A stretch of DNA of 56,577 nt, the filler included, from Dimargaris cristalligena (taxonomy: Eukaryota): NCBI GenBank assembly GCA_003614675.1. It is 2 parts of 2 records of this genome, joined end to end, with 100 filler letters (N's around TTAATTAATTAA, not from the genome) between each part and the next. Parts side by side here need not be neighbours in the genome. Positions count along the whole stretch, not along the records: positions 28,377 to 56,577 come from ML002503.1; 1 more part is not named here. One strand, given 5' to 3'. Each line of letters begins with the position of its first letter. Within the stretch, counting starts at the first letter, position 1. The position numbers were made by a program, and so were the translations under genes. Under the pieces are notes generated by a model. The model made no database searches, had not been told where the DNA came from, and saw only the letters and a program-made list of their open reading frames with translations. This document shows positions 30,432 to 43,297 of this stretch, piece after piece.

Positions 30432-31349
30432 CTAGCTCAGTTTCCTCCGAGGGGGACTGGGCTTGCGCTCCAAAGAATCTAACGACGTGGTGTGAACAAT
30501 CCAATAACCCATAGCCGCCTGGGCAACCACAAAAAAGGCGGGTCCGATAATAGGTAGCCGAATGAGCAGGTAAAAGCCCATGACAAAACCCAGCAGCAGC
30601 GACTGCCGTTCCTTGAACCAGGCCCGGCGGGCCTTGGGCGGTATGCAAAGCCGCGTAAAGTAGGGATCCAGTAATTCCCGGTTCAGTTGCTGACACGCTA
30701 GGATGGCTTTGAACAGGGTCCACGACAACCCTCGGGTACCGGGCATGAACACTGCGGTCAAGGCGACGGCCCCCGCCAAGTTTGGCCCTAGAATCCCGGA
30801 CATGAGTTTAAAATTGACCAAGGTGGGCACGTATGGTCCAACCACGGGGATATTCAGTAAGACGAGCATGAGGGCAGCCAACTTAACCCGTTTCCACGTC
30901 CGCTGGACGTGGTGTTGGACCAAGGGCCACCATTGGGTTTTATGGGGCCACTGGACCAGGGCCGTATAATAGGCCGGCGCATGGGTGCGAATGACGGTCA
31001 TGAACATATCGTCAAACGGTTGGGCATAGACACTGCGCACCAACAGGACGCCCGTCAGGGGCATGGTTTGCAAGGCCCAGTCGATACTCCCCCGGGCGTC
31101 GAGTAGGGTTCGGTGGACCCGTTGGGCATCGTAGGGCGCAAAACTGGAGGTAAGCCAATTGAGGGCCCGGAGGAAAGCGAGGGGCCCGTGGATGAGAAGC
31201 TGGGCGAGGAACTGTAAAATGAGCATGGTCACAACGAGTATGGCCGAGGTGCGGACGAACCAGCGGCGGATTTTGGGCTCCGATACGGCGAGTAGGCCGC
31301 CTTCGAAACCCAATTGCATGCCATAGCGAATTTGGGACCAGGAGAGCAT
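30432..31349 (-). CDS. EI24-like/UsgS-like multi-pass membrane protein
   Basis: ATG at 31349 (MLSWSQIRY). Several hydrophobic helices. IPVVGPYV, RELLDPYFTRL...WFKERQSLLLGF and LPIIGPAFF resemble fungal EI24-domain proteins. Confidence 0.7.
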   Translation of the reverse strand: MLSWSQIRYGMQLGFEGGLLAVSEPKIRRWFVRTSAILVVTMLILQFLAQLLIHGPLAFLRALNWLTSSFAPYDAQRVHRTLLDARGSIDWALQTMPLTGVLLVRSVYAQPFDDMFMTVIRTHAPAYYTALVQWPHKTQWWPLVQHHVQRTWKRVKLAALMLVLLNIPVVGPYVPTLVNFKLMSGILGPNLAGAVALTAVFMPGTRGLSWTLFKAILACQQLNRELLDPYFTRLCIPPKARRAWFKERQSLLLGFVMGFYLLIRLPIIGPAFFVVAQAAMGYWIVHTTSLDSLERKPSPPRRKLS

Positions 31350-32137
31350 GGTAGGAAGTGAAGGAGATATGTGTGGGGAAATACAGCGACGGGTCGGAGG
31401 GTAACAGTACAATGGGTGGAATGGGACTATAAGTGGTTCCTTTCTCTAAATATATATGAAAATACGCCAATGGCGAATGAAATAACGGAACTGAAAGTAT
31501 GTAAAAAAAATGTTGAGAGTGGCGGTTTAGGGTCAAGTAGGAGGCCTTGGCAATGCCTATCTATATATGACTTGCGTGGCTTACACTTGGTCGCTTTACT
31601 ACACTCGAACAACCATCAGCATGTCATAATGCTACGTCTATATCTTTAACCACGCCCCCTTGCATTTTTCCGGCCATTCACTGATGCCAAGTTCCCCCCC
31701 CACATCTTATGATTCCGGGCAGTGAATTGGAACTGCCTGGCCGTCGGCTTGGGCAGAAAATGACCCCAAATGGGGTTATTCCGGCTACAGAGTTGGGCGA
31801 CTATAACACGATAGAGGACCGTGCCCCATGATATATCGAGTAGGGGGGTCAATGGCCAATTCGTTAAAAAATCCAGCCCCAACCGTCCCTGATGGGGACA
31901 TCCACAATAGGGGGGAATAATAACCCCCAGGCCACTTAAACTGCATCCTGGATGAGTCAAATCAGAAATATACATTTATTCAACAACAGTTAAATACAAT
32001 AGGCGGGATAGTGTAATAGAAAATGTAAATGTAAGTAAGCAAGAAAATGAAGGTCTAAGTAAAATATGGTAAAGTTCGGGGTTGGGGGGAGGGTCATAAA
32101 ACACGGGACTGTTTGTTCGACTCATCGCTTCTACCCT

Positions 32138-32746
32138 TTAATGGAAGCCCATAGCCTGGGGATTCTTGAGCTGGTGCTGGCGTTCCTGGCTCTGGAAGTA
32201 TTCGTCGACGGAAATGTAGCCATCGTTGTCGAGGTCGTCTTCGTACAGCACCGCCGTGACCCGCTCGTCAACCTCCCGCAGCAGCACCTTATTGTGACCA
32301 GTGCCTTGGAGGTGCTTGAGCCAGGGCTGGCGGAGCTCGTGGCCGTCCAGGAAACCATTGCCGTCGATGTCGTGCATCGAGAAGTAGTAGTAGAGGGCAT
32401 CGTCATAGTTCAAGTCCTTGGGGGCTTCCTCGCCGAGGTGTTCCTTGACGTAGCTAGTGAGATAGGAACAAGAAATCCAAGGTATACATACGCAAGTAGG
32501 TGAGTAATAGACGTTGCGGTGAAGGGGTTGGGTGTGAGGGGGCGGTAGATGTGGAAATGGCCAGGTCATTATTATAGGACTATTGTAGACAGGCTGGCGG
32601 CAGAGGGACACTTACTTGATAAGGTGAAGCTCGTCTTCACCATAGTGGCTTTCATCAGAGGCAAAGTGGTGATTGGAGTCGGCAGACGTCTGGCTGACGA
32701 GGGCGAACACGCAGATGGCAGAGAGAATGAGGCACTTCTTCAACAT
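32138..32746 (-). CDS. Secretory-pathway double EF-hand protein, MCFD2-like; exons 32746-32616, 32453-32138
   Basis: Signal peptide MLKKCLILSAICVFALVSQTSA. EF-hands YYFSMHDIDGNGFLDGHEL and DDLDNDGYISVDEY. In-phase GTAAGT..CTAG intron. Confidence 0.85.
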
Positions 32747-34427
32747 TATGAATATAGGGGGAGGTGGATATAGGGATAAATGAAAGAAATAGGACTAGAG
32801 AAGATGGTAGAAGTAGTAGTAGTAGTGATGATGATGTGGATATCGATATAGAGAGGTGGCGACGGTTGGGGCTTTTATATGACGGGGGCGTCCGGAACTA
32901 TAGGAGCATGCCTTGGATTAGGCGGTTACACAAGCCGATAGGAGCCATGCCGCTTGCGACGGGCATATCGTCTCTCCCCCACTCTCTTGTGGAACACAGG
33001 GATTGGCGAATAAGTGGCCTTACCCCTCTCTATCTCTCTTTCCTCTCACACAGCTTACAGCGGACACATTGGTAGACCTTAGCCGCCGCAAAGCGCTGCT
33101 CTCCAACGAAGCCCAAACCATCCCCCTTGGCCGGGACCTTTGATTAACGAGGGGGTCGTATAAAGGCCTTAGTGAGGGGAAGGACAAAGACGATGTGAAA
33201 GAGCGAGCGGTCTTTGTGGGGCCCTTTAAATTGGCCAGTGTATTGAACGGGAGAACGAGAGGTGAGGGGAGGGGAGGGGGACTAGCCCTCTTATCCCTTG
33301 CCTCTCCCCGCTTTAATGGTGGCGAATCCGATTACTTCGCTTTCTTTGGTTCGCCATCGAGGACAATGCCGTTCTTCACTCGAACCCCCCTGGCCATTGG
33401 CCCCTTTGATCTATTTTCTCTTCATCAGTCCGCCCACCCTTTTTTTCATCGCTAGGCTCCCTAGAGATACTGTAGTTTAAAGGATATACCGAATATCATC
33501 GAGCTGGGCCCGATTGTACCGACTGTTTTCGCTATTCTGAGAGAGAGGGAGGGGGAAAGAACGAGAGAGTGGTGCGGAATGATGGCAAGGGGGGGTATAG
33601 CAGCAGCATTAACTGAAGCGAGGCTCCTCGCCGTAAATACTATGTTATCCTCATTCTTCGTAAAGCTGCTTTAGTTATTCGTGTGAATTGGACCAGAAGA
33701 TCCTGCGGTGCGGGTGAAACAGGACCGCCAAAGCACACGTTGTGCGTGGGCTTCTTCGTACTGGGGCTTCGCGCTCGAAACGCCCTGACTATGCAGCATC
33801 CTATCCTTCAGATAATAGTAAAACCATGTGGTCCTGCTATCAATAAGAATTTATTCAACTCTAGCACTTATAGCCATTCATCACCAATTACATTATTCAT
33901 CTATCCCATTTACACTTACTAGCTAAGTAATTTTAGCCGAACCATCTCTTCTCGTTCTACCCCTCTTATCGTAAGTTTTACTGATGGATGCACCTAGGGA
34001 TAGGAAGTATACAGGCAGTCGAAATTGGGTTTTCATCATTTTTGCGCGCGTCTCACTCCGGCGGCATAGTTGGTCTTGGCCCAAGGGTCAAACTGTAGGT
34101 AAATACATGCTTCATTAGTGAACTAAAATAAATAAGGGTAGTATCAGCAACTAAGAGCCAGGTTCGCCTAAAAGGCTACGGAGAGCCTCGCGTGGAATAC
34201 CTAATGGCTGGTATGATTTAATAAGTGACAATGCGAGAGCGCAGACGGGGATTACAAGTAATGTGGGTATCAAGAGGTGTAGAGATGTGGATAGCATAGG
34301 TGGTGGCGGGATTAAAGCCCCCAAAAATAAATGTGTATAGACAATCGAGACATAGGGGGCGGGGTATTCATTTAGGCGGTCACTCCTTCCTTCCTTCCTT
34401 CCTCCCTTGCCCACCTAACTATCGTGA

Positions 34428-35608
34428 TTATTTAGGGGTCACCGACCAATAGGTCATGTCATCGGTGTGCATGGCATAGACACGATTCTCGTTCTGTAGT
34501 TTGGCTAAGTGCAGCAAGACACTGGACTCCGCGGCATCATGGAGCGATACCGGATATTTCGCATAGATAATCTGGACCAAGTCCCGGGCGGTCCAGGGCA
34601 CCCCGCCATCGGGATTCGTGGGCCGACTATGCAAGTCGGCCACGTAGGGACGTGAACTGAGCAAATGCAAAATTTCCTCTTCGCGGTCCATACGGTGCCG
34701 GATATAAGCCTCTAGCGTCGATTGGCCATCTTCAATGACGGGGCCGTGACCGGGATAGATGCGCTCACTGCCGATGGTCCGTAGCATTTTAAGGGATTGG
34801 ATGTACTGGTGGAGGTCTTCGAAGACGGTGTTACCGTGGCCCAGTACACAATCGCCCGCGAATAGGGCGTTTTCTTCTTCGAGATAAAAAGCCATATGGT
34901 CGGCGGTATGGCCGGGCGTATGCACCGCCCGTAGGGTAGCCCCCTCGACGGTAAAGGCCTGGCCATCGGCAATATTCTGGAGGTCGACGGGAACCTTGAG
35001 GCGGTTGAGGATGGCCGGGTCATGGTCGGGGCAATGCCGTTTCCACACCTCCGGTAAGTCGGCGGGGGTGGAGGATGGGCGGCGGTACCGCTCGAGTAAG
35101 GAAGGAAGACCGCCGACGTGATCGGCGTGCCAGTGGGTTAAAATGACATGGGAGATTCGATCGACTCCGAGGTGGGATAGAGCGGCTTCAAGGAGCGGGA
35201 TGTAGCCGGGCTTGCCCTCACCGGTGTCTAGGAGAATACGTTGGGAGCCGTTGCCAATCAAATAGGTGTTTGTGCCTGGCCAAAGAGGGACGGTAAGATA
35301 AAGGGACATAGAAGCCATTGGGGATTAATATTGGGCATAACCAACGTGGGGCAGTTTTCGGTTCAAGGAGTAGGGGAGGGGGTGGAGGATAGATTATAGG
35401 GCTGGGGTGCAATGGTATTAACCGAGCCCGGTGTCCCGTTCCTGGGGTTGTCCAGGGCGCTACTGCGAAGTGTAAGGCTTCTGAAAAGGGAGAGATAGTG
35501 GGTGGGTGGCTTACCTTGGAGGGTGAACTTGCCGGGGTTTAGGCCCAGAATCCGGAACACCCGGCTGGAGAGCTTCTCCACCATGGGCATGGCTGCTAGG
35601 GAGTCCAT
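34428..35608 (-). CDS. LACTB2: LACTB2-like metallo-beta-lactamase-fold endoribonuclease; exons 35608-35515, 35275-34428
   Basis: RILGLNPGKFTLQG|TNTYLIG, LLDTGEG, THWHADHVGG, HTPGHTADH, FAGDCVLG, IYPGHG, YIRHRMDRE and a winged-helix tail (LLHLAKL). Confidence 0.92.
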
Positions 35609-36750
35609 CGCGGGCAATATATTGTTAAGCTGGTATACGACTAAGGATGCACCAAGGTGTTACAAGCAGAAATCGCACGTCACTGGTACGGAGGTTGCTT
35701 TGGGGGGGGGACTACCAAATTGTAGGGGACCAACGATGAATAGTGCCGATGGAAGAAGATATTGGCATAGTCGGTGGAATTTCTTCAAAGTCAAATAGGG
35801 GAGGAGCGGAAAAGGCGATCCGAAAGAGTGACGATGTCGGAGAACTCTCCTCAATAGTATATTACCCGCTGTGGGAGATAACAACTTGGTGTAAAGTAGC
35901 GGGGAAAAACTCGGGTGCAAAACTACAAAAAGTCCCAACAGTTATAGTGTAGTGAAAAATAGTTAAAGAATTGATGGCTTTTATAAGCTGATTTAGTATG
36001 GTTGTTATTTGAAAGGGTATTTATACCAAAATAATGCTTTGCAGTCTTAATATGGGGTTGTATCCGCGTCACTTCTGCTATCATATAACCGGGATTGATC
36101 ATTAATACCCAATACTATTATTATATAAATTGATAAACTAAAATAAATATAGTAAGTGAGTGGTCTGTATCCATCGCAATATACTAAAAGAATAGTCTTA
36201 AAATCCATCAGCCAGTGATTTTTCTCTCGCTTAACTTGCTTGGAGACACACAAGCCCCCTAGGTTACGAATTGTTTGTTTATAGCGGGTCTGTCGTTGCC
36301 TTGCTCCAATCCACAGTATAAAAATCATTTCTTACGTTTCTACTTAGTTCCTAATTGGGGGCGGGTAGGTTTAGGCCCCTTCAGCTGAACGAGTAAGTCA
36401 TTCGAGCCATTATTATCCCGCGACCTCTGCTTAAGGGCCCACAAAGGTACCCACAGCCATATTATCGGTCTACGCATCAAAGAATGGTAGTATAGCCATA
36501 TAGTCACAAAGTGGATAGTGAGTGAGCTTGCCAATGATGTGGTGACGGAGGCAGGCTACCAATAGCACAAGAAGCCCCCAGTACTGTATTAAAATTATAC
36601 CATACTCCGGATCTCATAAGGCCGAATTCGTCATTTAGTCTTAGGCTCAAAATACCATAACCATATCCTTAAATAGGCCCTTCATTTGAATCTATTTCTC
36701 ATTCTTGAACGATTCGCTCCACCCATCCGCTGGTTAACTCTACTTTCAAA

Positions 36751-37688
36751 ATGTCCGAGTCTCCAGCCGCCGCTACCCCGGCCCATACCACATATAAGCC
36801 CATTGTCGTCTCGGACTACGCTATCCCCAACGAACCCCGGGACCGGGCCCTCCGCCCCTCGAATTCTAGTGAAAACAATGACCGCCCCGCCTCCGACGAT
36901 GTCATTCTCCAGCTCGGCCGGCTCTACCACGGCAACCTCGCCAGTCGGAATCCCTACCTTCTCCGGGGCAATCTCACCCCTTCCCAGAAGATCAACACGG
37001 TCGTGGGGGTGAGTGGTCTTTGGGGCTTTATCCTGGGGTCCTACGTGGGGGGCCAGAAGGCCGGTCTGCAGTACCGGGCCGAACATATGCACAAACTTCC
37101 ACGTTCCCACCAGGGCTGGTATTTTTACCATAAGCATAAGAACTACCGGATGATGCTTCAGGGTATTTACCGCGGCACGGCTTATGCGACTAAGTTTATG
37201 GCCATTTGCGGGGCGTTTACCGTCTCGGAAACGGCATTGGATGTGTGGAAAGGGGATACGGACTTCACTAGTACTCTAACCGCGGCATTCGCTACCGCCC
37301 TAGCTTTCTGTGTGATTAGTAAGTTGATGATAATGACGCCCCAGACCCGCGAGGGATTTAGTAGACTGTCCTTTAGCCGGTCTGTTGGCCTCTTGGGATC
37401 GGCCTTCGTTGGAAACTGCCCTAACTTTTCCGGAAAATTGAACCCAACCCGGTTGACCCCACTCTAAAGCCCATCTAAGGATGACCCAGCTAACCGTCTA
37501 CACCTTGTCCCTCCTATACCGTGTGTCCATATACTCCTACCACGCCAGACAAGCTGCCAAAGCAGAGTTCCCGGTACGCTATGCGAATCGGTACCATTTC
37601 GGGACTAACCATTGGGCTAACCCAAGACCTTCTCCACTACTACCAAGGGATGCCTCCTTTCTACATAGACTGGCTAAAGCGGGCCTAA
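36751..37688 (+). CDS. Conserved fungal Tim17/Tim22/Tim23-like membrane protein; exons 36751-37318, 37549-37688
   Basis: Gly-rich helices GLWGFILGSYVGG and the motif YRAEHMHKLP...GWYFYHKHKNY. An in-phase GTAAGT..CCAG intron gives ...CVIN KLPKQSSRYAMRIGTISGLTIGLTQDLL...*. Confidence 0.7.
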
Positions 37689-38551
37689 TGGCGAAGACCC
37701 TCTCCTCTCCCCTCGTATATTTTTAGAGGGGCTGGTCCTGTTTTGCCGTTTAATTACGTCTTTCTCGGATATTTCATGTTTATAATATTTTGTACCCATA
37801 ATCATTGCTTTCCCCGTCCCACTTGCTTTACGGACTTAGAAAACAGCCGCTTTCATCTCTGGACTATTTAAAGACCCGTTATTTTTTCTAGGCGGCAATT
37901 TCTTAAAGACTACTAAAAACTCACCAAGTTCAATGTAATAAGCAGTAATGCGTAAAGCTAACCACACCACTCGGCAATTGACTGCCCTTACAATAGGTAT
38001 ATGCTGGTTTAATACCTTATCAAGGGGCGATAAATGTGCTCAGGGAGTATGAATTTGCCCAATTGACACCTCTGTCCATACCTTCGTAATATGTGTACGT
38101 CCCACCAACTGGTTAGGGTTAGCCATCCACAGTTTGTCTAGTTAAAGTGTACGCGTTGGATGATTATCGTGTAATATGCGCATACAAGCAACTTCCAAAA
38201 CCCACTCTTTATATGCCCCCCTTTTCCCGTTTTATTTATTCCCACTTTGAATTGAATTCTACGCCTTTTCATGTTTATATATTTTCTGCTGGACACTTTG
38301 GGTTGGTTATTTTATTATCCTTGCCGCATTGTAGGAATCGTTTCACCGCACGCTACCCATTTCCGAACCCTATTTTCTACGCATTCCCTACTGTAGTACA
38401 TCCGCAGTGACTCTCATTCAGTAAACACCCTTCCTAACCATTGCCCATTAGACTATCCCGTGAGACCTCCCGGCTCGTCCATTACCGATAGTTTGTCCAT
38501 CCCACGCTCTTCAATCATTATCGATCGCCCCGCCACTGAATTCCCGCTCTA

Positions 38552-41500
38552 ATGAATCCCCCCAACTACTCGGGCGCGCATTACCCACCCTATTCACCCC
38601 CTGCCTCGTCCCAGCCTGCGAATGGCTGGTCGGGTGGCGGTGGTGGTGGCGGCCAACCCTACCCACCATCGGGGTCAGACGCACACCAGCAATATTATCC
38701 ACCTCCCCCTGCGACTTCCGTTTCAGCGAATCCAGCTTATCCCTACAACAATACGGCCTACCTTCAAGCCCAAGGCCCACCGCCACCCCCGTCCGTAGCA
38801 TTTCCCGGGACGGCGTATCCACCGCCCAGCCACCCATACTCCCAGGTTCAAGCCCAGTCGCTGGGGACCATGGCTCTACCGGTGCCAATTGCATTAACAC
38901 CCGAGCAAATACATGGCCGGTTGTGGGAACTCTGCAAGTTTTACCTGGCCTGTGCTCGGGATATATGCAGTTTTCAGGATCAAATCGAGCCCCAAATGAT
39001 TCCTAACCGGGCCGAGCATTATATTTTGGCGGCTATTAGTACCGCCCAGGCCCTACTCGATACACCCGTTGGCCCTAGTACCGTAAGTAATTTCATTATT
39101 TTCATAATAACCCCCTTAGCGGCTCTCTATACTGTGGCCCGAGCGGATGCTTCTCCCGGTGCCTGGGCTAGTTACTATTATTATACGCGCCTCCCAAAGT
39201 CTACCACGTTGCTATAGATATAAAAATGACTCTTATGGAGTAGATGCGAGCTTACCTTTTGCCGTCTGGCACTCCCACACAATGAGCCCCCGCAGAGTTT
39301 ATCCGGTTTTGGCGATTACTCATATAATATGATAATATGTCTTCGTAACCATTCGTCTAGCCTATGACTCCGCTCGCCCCCTACATGGAGCTGAAGGTTC
39401 GCTGCTTGCTGTCCGATCTCCTGTTGAAGTATACCAAAAACTACGATGAGGCCGAAACACATATCCAGAAAGCCGTAAGTTATAATCCACCGTTGACTCC
39501 TAAAATGCGACATCACATAACGCTCATTATTGTCAGCCCACCCTAATAATGTATTGTGACATACGTTACTTACACTTCTTTCGCATATGATTCAATTGCG
39601 TTGACACTAATTCGGGTAAATGATTTCCAATGTATATAAAATCATTTGCTTCTCAATTAGTCATTACTGGCCCCCCAGGTAAGATTTAACAACAGTATGG
39701 CTTGATATTAATTTATAGGACATGTTGATTTAATATATTAATCGGATTATAATAGATCCCCACACGCACGCATACATATATAGAGTAATGTCTGAAGGAT
39801 TTGTTAAATCTCAAACTAGTCGATGCGGTATTAACCTATGGTTTTGGATTGTTTCCCATACATTCTGGTCGGTTATTTTATGCGTCCGAAACTTTTAGGT
39901 CGATAACTCCAATTCCTACCGACTCCATACTGTTGATTTACAAGCCCGCTTATTCGAGGTGACGGGAAGTAATCAGGCCGCCGAAAAATTATTAACGGCG
40001 GCTATTAAAAATTCATTCGAGTAAGTGGTTTAGGGATAAATTTTGGCATGCTCATTACCAGCTCTCTTTACACATGCCGTAATTTAACCAACTAAAGCAG
40101 AAGGTGTATTTTTACCCAGCCTACTCTAACAATGTATAATATATTGTATCCACCTATTATACATGCACTTAAAATGCTATAGGGCCCGATTAATTCTGCA
40201 TGGCTATTTTTTTATAACGCGGTTGGTGGGCCTGCTGATCAAGAATAATAATTTCCGCCAAGCCTTAAATATAATTATGTACGGTGTTAAACTTTCCGAA
40301 CAGTCAAGTAATACGGCAATGAGGGTAAGTACTTAATGCATATACTTTCACAGCAACTTCTCCATTTCCGAGATACGTACGTCTTCGACGCGGCAAATAC
40401 ACCCATATAGGAATATTCATAGCATTAGCACGACACCCAATTCGTATCGAATCAAAACTCCCGAACAAACAATATCAGCTGAATTCTAACCTCCTTTATT
40501 ACCCAATCCATCCACCCGAATATTTAGATATACCTGCTTCTAGTGCTATCCCACCACAGTCTAATTTTTCAGACTTCCACGCAATCAGCTAAACTCATCC
40601 AAGACATGAACAAATTTTTCACCGAGGGTAGCCCTGTGGGCACTCCACCTATTACCGCCGACCAACTTCCCCTCGCCTTGCACGTGTATTACTTTCTTTT
40701 GATTACCATGAGTCGACTTCGTTCGGGGGACGTCAAGCAAGCATTGGATATCTTACCGCGGCTCCAAAAAATCCTGGAACAGTGGCAGCCCCAATCCACA
40801 TTGGAAAACCAGGGCTATTTTCATTTACCCTTGAACACCACTAGTTTTGCGAACCATCTGACGGTACAGCTTCCCTCGGCAGTTAGCCAGAACGGCGAAG
40901 ATCCTACATCGCCCATGCCGTTTGGATCCCAGGTATTCTGTAACCCTACTTTGACCCTGGCTTCTCATATCCAGATCCAGTGGCTGTCCAAGAGTCAGCT
41001 TTTCTGTTTAGTCTATTTCCTGTCGGGTCTCTGCCACAAATCCGATTCGGTTAAGCCAACTGGTAAACTGTTTTTAATGGAGGGCCTCAATATCGCTCAA
41101 CGTAAGTCATGCTCTCGCATATTTATTTTTTTTGTTAGAAAAGGTCCATATCTACGCGCTTCTGTAAACTGATCACAGATATACCTTTTATTAATGCGTC
41201 TGATGTTTATATATCTTACACTATGACCACGGCTTGTTTAGGCGAGATCGATTCGATGAATAGTAAGTACCGAGGTCCCTTATGTATTATTTAGTAATTG
41301 AGTCGATACTATATAGTGACTTTAGTAGTTTGGCATCTGAGTACCTGAGTTGTATATTTTCCCATGCTTAATAGCATCCGGCGACAAACCCGTTGAACTC
41401 CCTTGTTAACATTATATCCGTCTAACTCTTGAATTCTACCCTATATCCACCTCCCCCCATACCTTTCCACAGAGCAAGTTGACGCGTTCGAAACCCTGGA

Positions 41501-42878
41501 GATTCAGCGGTGGTTTATGCGCCTAAAGACCCATATTCTACTACATTTAGCTGATATATCACTCCTCCGAGGCGAGAATGACGAAGCCGAAATGGCCATT
41601 CTGGAGGCCATCAAATGGGCCAATGCTCTACAGGAGTGGGATCAGTTCAAAATACCGACCTCACTCCGCTGGGGTATGCTTTGTCAGCAGACGGGGCGAT
41701 CGGCCGAGGCGTTGGCCTATTTTGAGGCGTGTTATTTGGTAGGTGTTAGCCTGATATATTTAAATCAAGGGACAGGACAAAACCAATATATCCCACCAGC
41801 TTGGTTAAAAAGCGCATGGTTGTATTTCTCTAAACAAACACTGCAATATATATATGTTACTCTACCATGACAACTCTTTTAGGAAGCAAACAATCTGGAA
41901 TTACGAACTCTACTTCAGCTCCATAAGGTGCTGATTTACATTGGCCCCGACCACTTTGATCAAACAATCGTAAGTCTAAAGTTCGCTTTGTTACGGCATG
42001 GCTTATGGACTGTTTATTTTGATGTGATTGTGAACCATTCGACATATAATCGCATGTCCGTTAAGCTCCAACTAACCCTTGTTTTGGTGTTTCATGACAT
42101 TCGTTGCACGACTATCCAGGTGCGCGATTTACTAGACGCCATTCGGAACGACTGTGAGAACAACCTTCCGGCCCATTTCAAAGCGGCCTTTAAAGTGCTC
42201 GACAGTATTATGAGCACTGAATTCCTCAAGGCCAAGTAAGTCAACTCTTACAGGTCAAACGACCTTATTTCTATAATCACAGCTGTTTCATGCACATTCT
42301 AGTCTAACTTCCGGTTGGGTCTATGCTACCATATTACTATTTCTAACTATCTGTGTATAATCTGTTGTCATAATGGGACAATGTAATTTGGTAGGACTTT
42401 GCTGCTGGAGGCGCTGAAAATCTGTGGAGTCATCTGCAATTCGCAATTGAAGGCCCTGACTCTGGCATTTTTAAGTACCATTTTTTACTCAACGGAAAAT
42501 GAGCAGACTGAAAAGATGCTTACGGCATCGTACCTTATATCGGAAAAAGGTGGTCAGAGCGTCAGTATGCTAGTTACGGGGGCATTGCTAGGGGGTAGGT
42601 TGAGTACACTAATGCTTGGTTGGGGCGGTTCTTTACAATTTTGGTTTCGGGAACTGATTATACATTGACCGATCTTCGGCCGTGTAATAACTGGGGTGAT
42701 TTATTAACTTCTCAAATCATTATTTTCGGCTCCTTTTTGATTAGATCTTTACCAACGCCAAAATGCACGGGCCCAATTCTCGAAACAACTCGAAGTTAAC
42801 AAGAGGACATGGGAAACCGCTTACCAGACGCTCAACCGTACCTTTATTTCGGATAATTCAACTCCTGAAGTCGAGTAG
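38552..42878 (+). CDS. MAU2: Cohesin loader subunit MAU2/Scc4-like TPR protein; 12 exons: 38552-39082, 39361-39474, 39661-39678, 39899-40020, 40183-40324, 40528-41101, 41242-41262, 41473-41738, 41883-41969, 42120-42235, 42395-42594, 42745-42878
   Basis: All eleven GT-AG introns join in phase. ELKVRCLLSDLLLKYTKNYDEAETHIQKA, IQWLSKSQLFCLVYFLSGL and NSQLKALTLAFLSTIF resemble Mau2/Scc4 segments. Confidence 0.75.
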
Positions 42879-43297
42879 GCCTAGCAAAAACGACCACCTT
42901 TTACTGCGACGGTTGCTACAACATATTTTATGCGGAGATTGCTTTTCTTTTTGAAAACAAGAACGACACTGTTGCAATTGTATACATGATAACCATCACT
43001 CCAATCCACTATATTCTTGACGGACACGACAATTGCTATTATTATTATTATTATTCGGGAGGTTGTATTTACTTATTAGTCTTGAGTGCACCACTAACAA
43101 TTACTATGGTTAGATTATAAATTAAAGAGATGTGTTTATAAAATAATTGAATGCGTGTGTTGAATATAATGTCGGATCTCGCAGAGAATTGAATGGGGAC
43201 GTCGTACATGATTAGGGTGAACCCCTAAAAACCAGGAAATATAGAATGGCAGGCAGTGGGGGAACCTAGAGTTGTAACTGGCTGGAAGTAATTTAAT

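Noticed and set aside
33560..33810. GC-rich intergenic stretch checked for tRNA, hammerhead ribozyme, RNase MRP/P or snRNA
   Set aside because: Core motifs (T-loop GTTCRA, CTGATGA..GAAA, GAAAGTCCCC) were not found in the required arrangement. An Rfam search would be needed.
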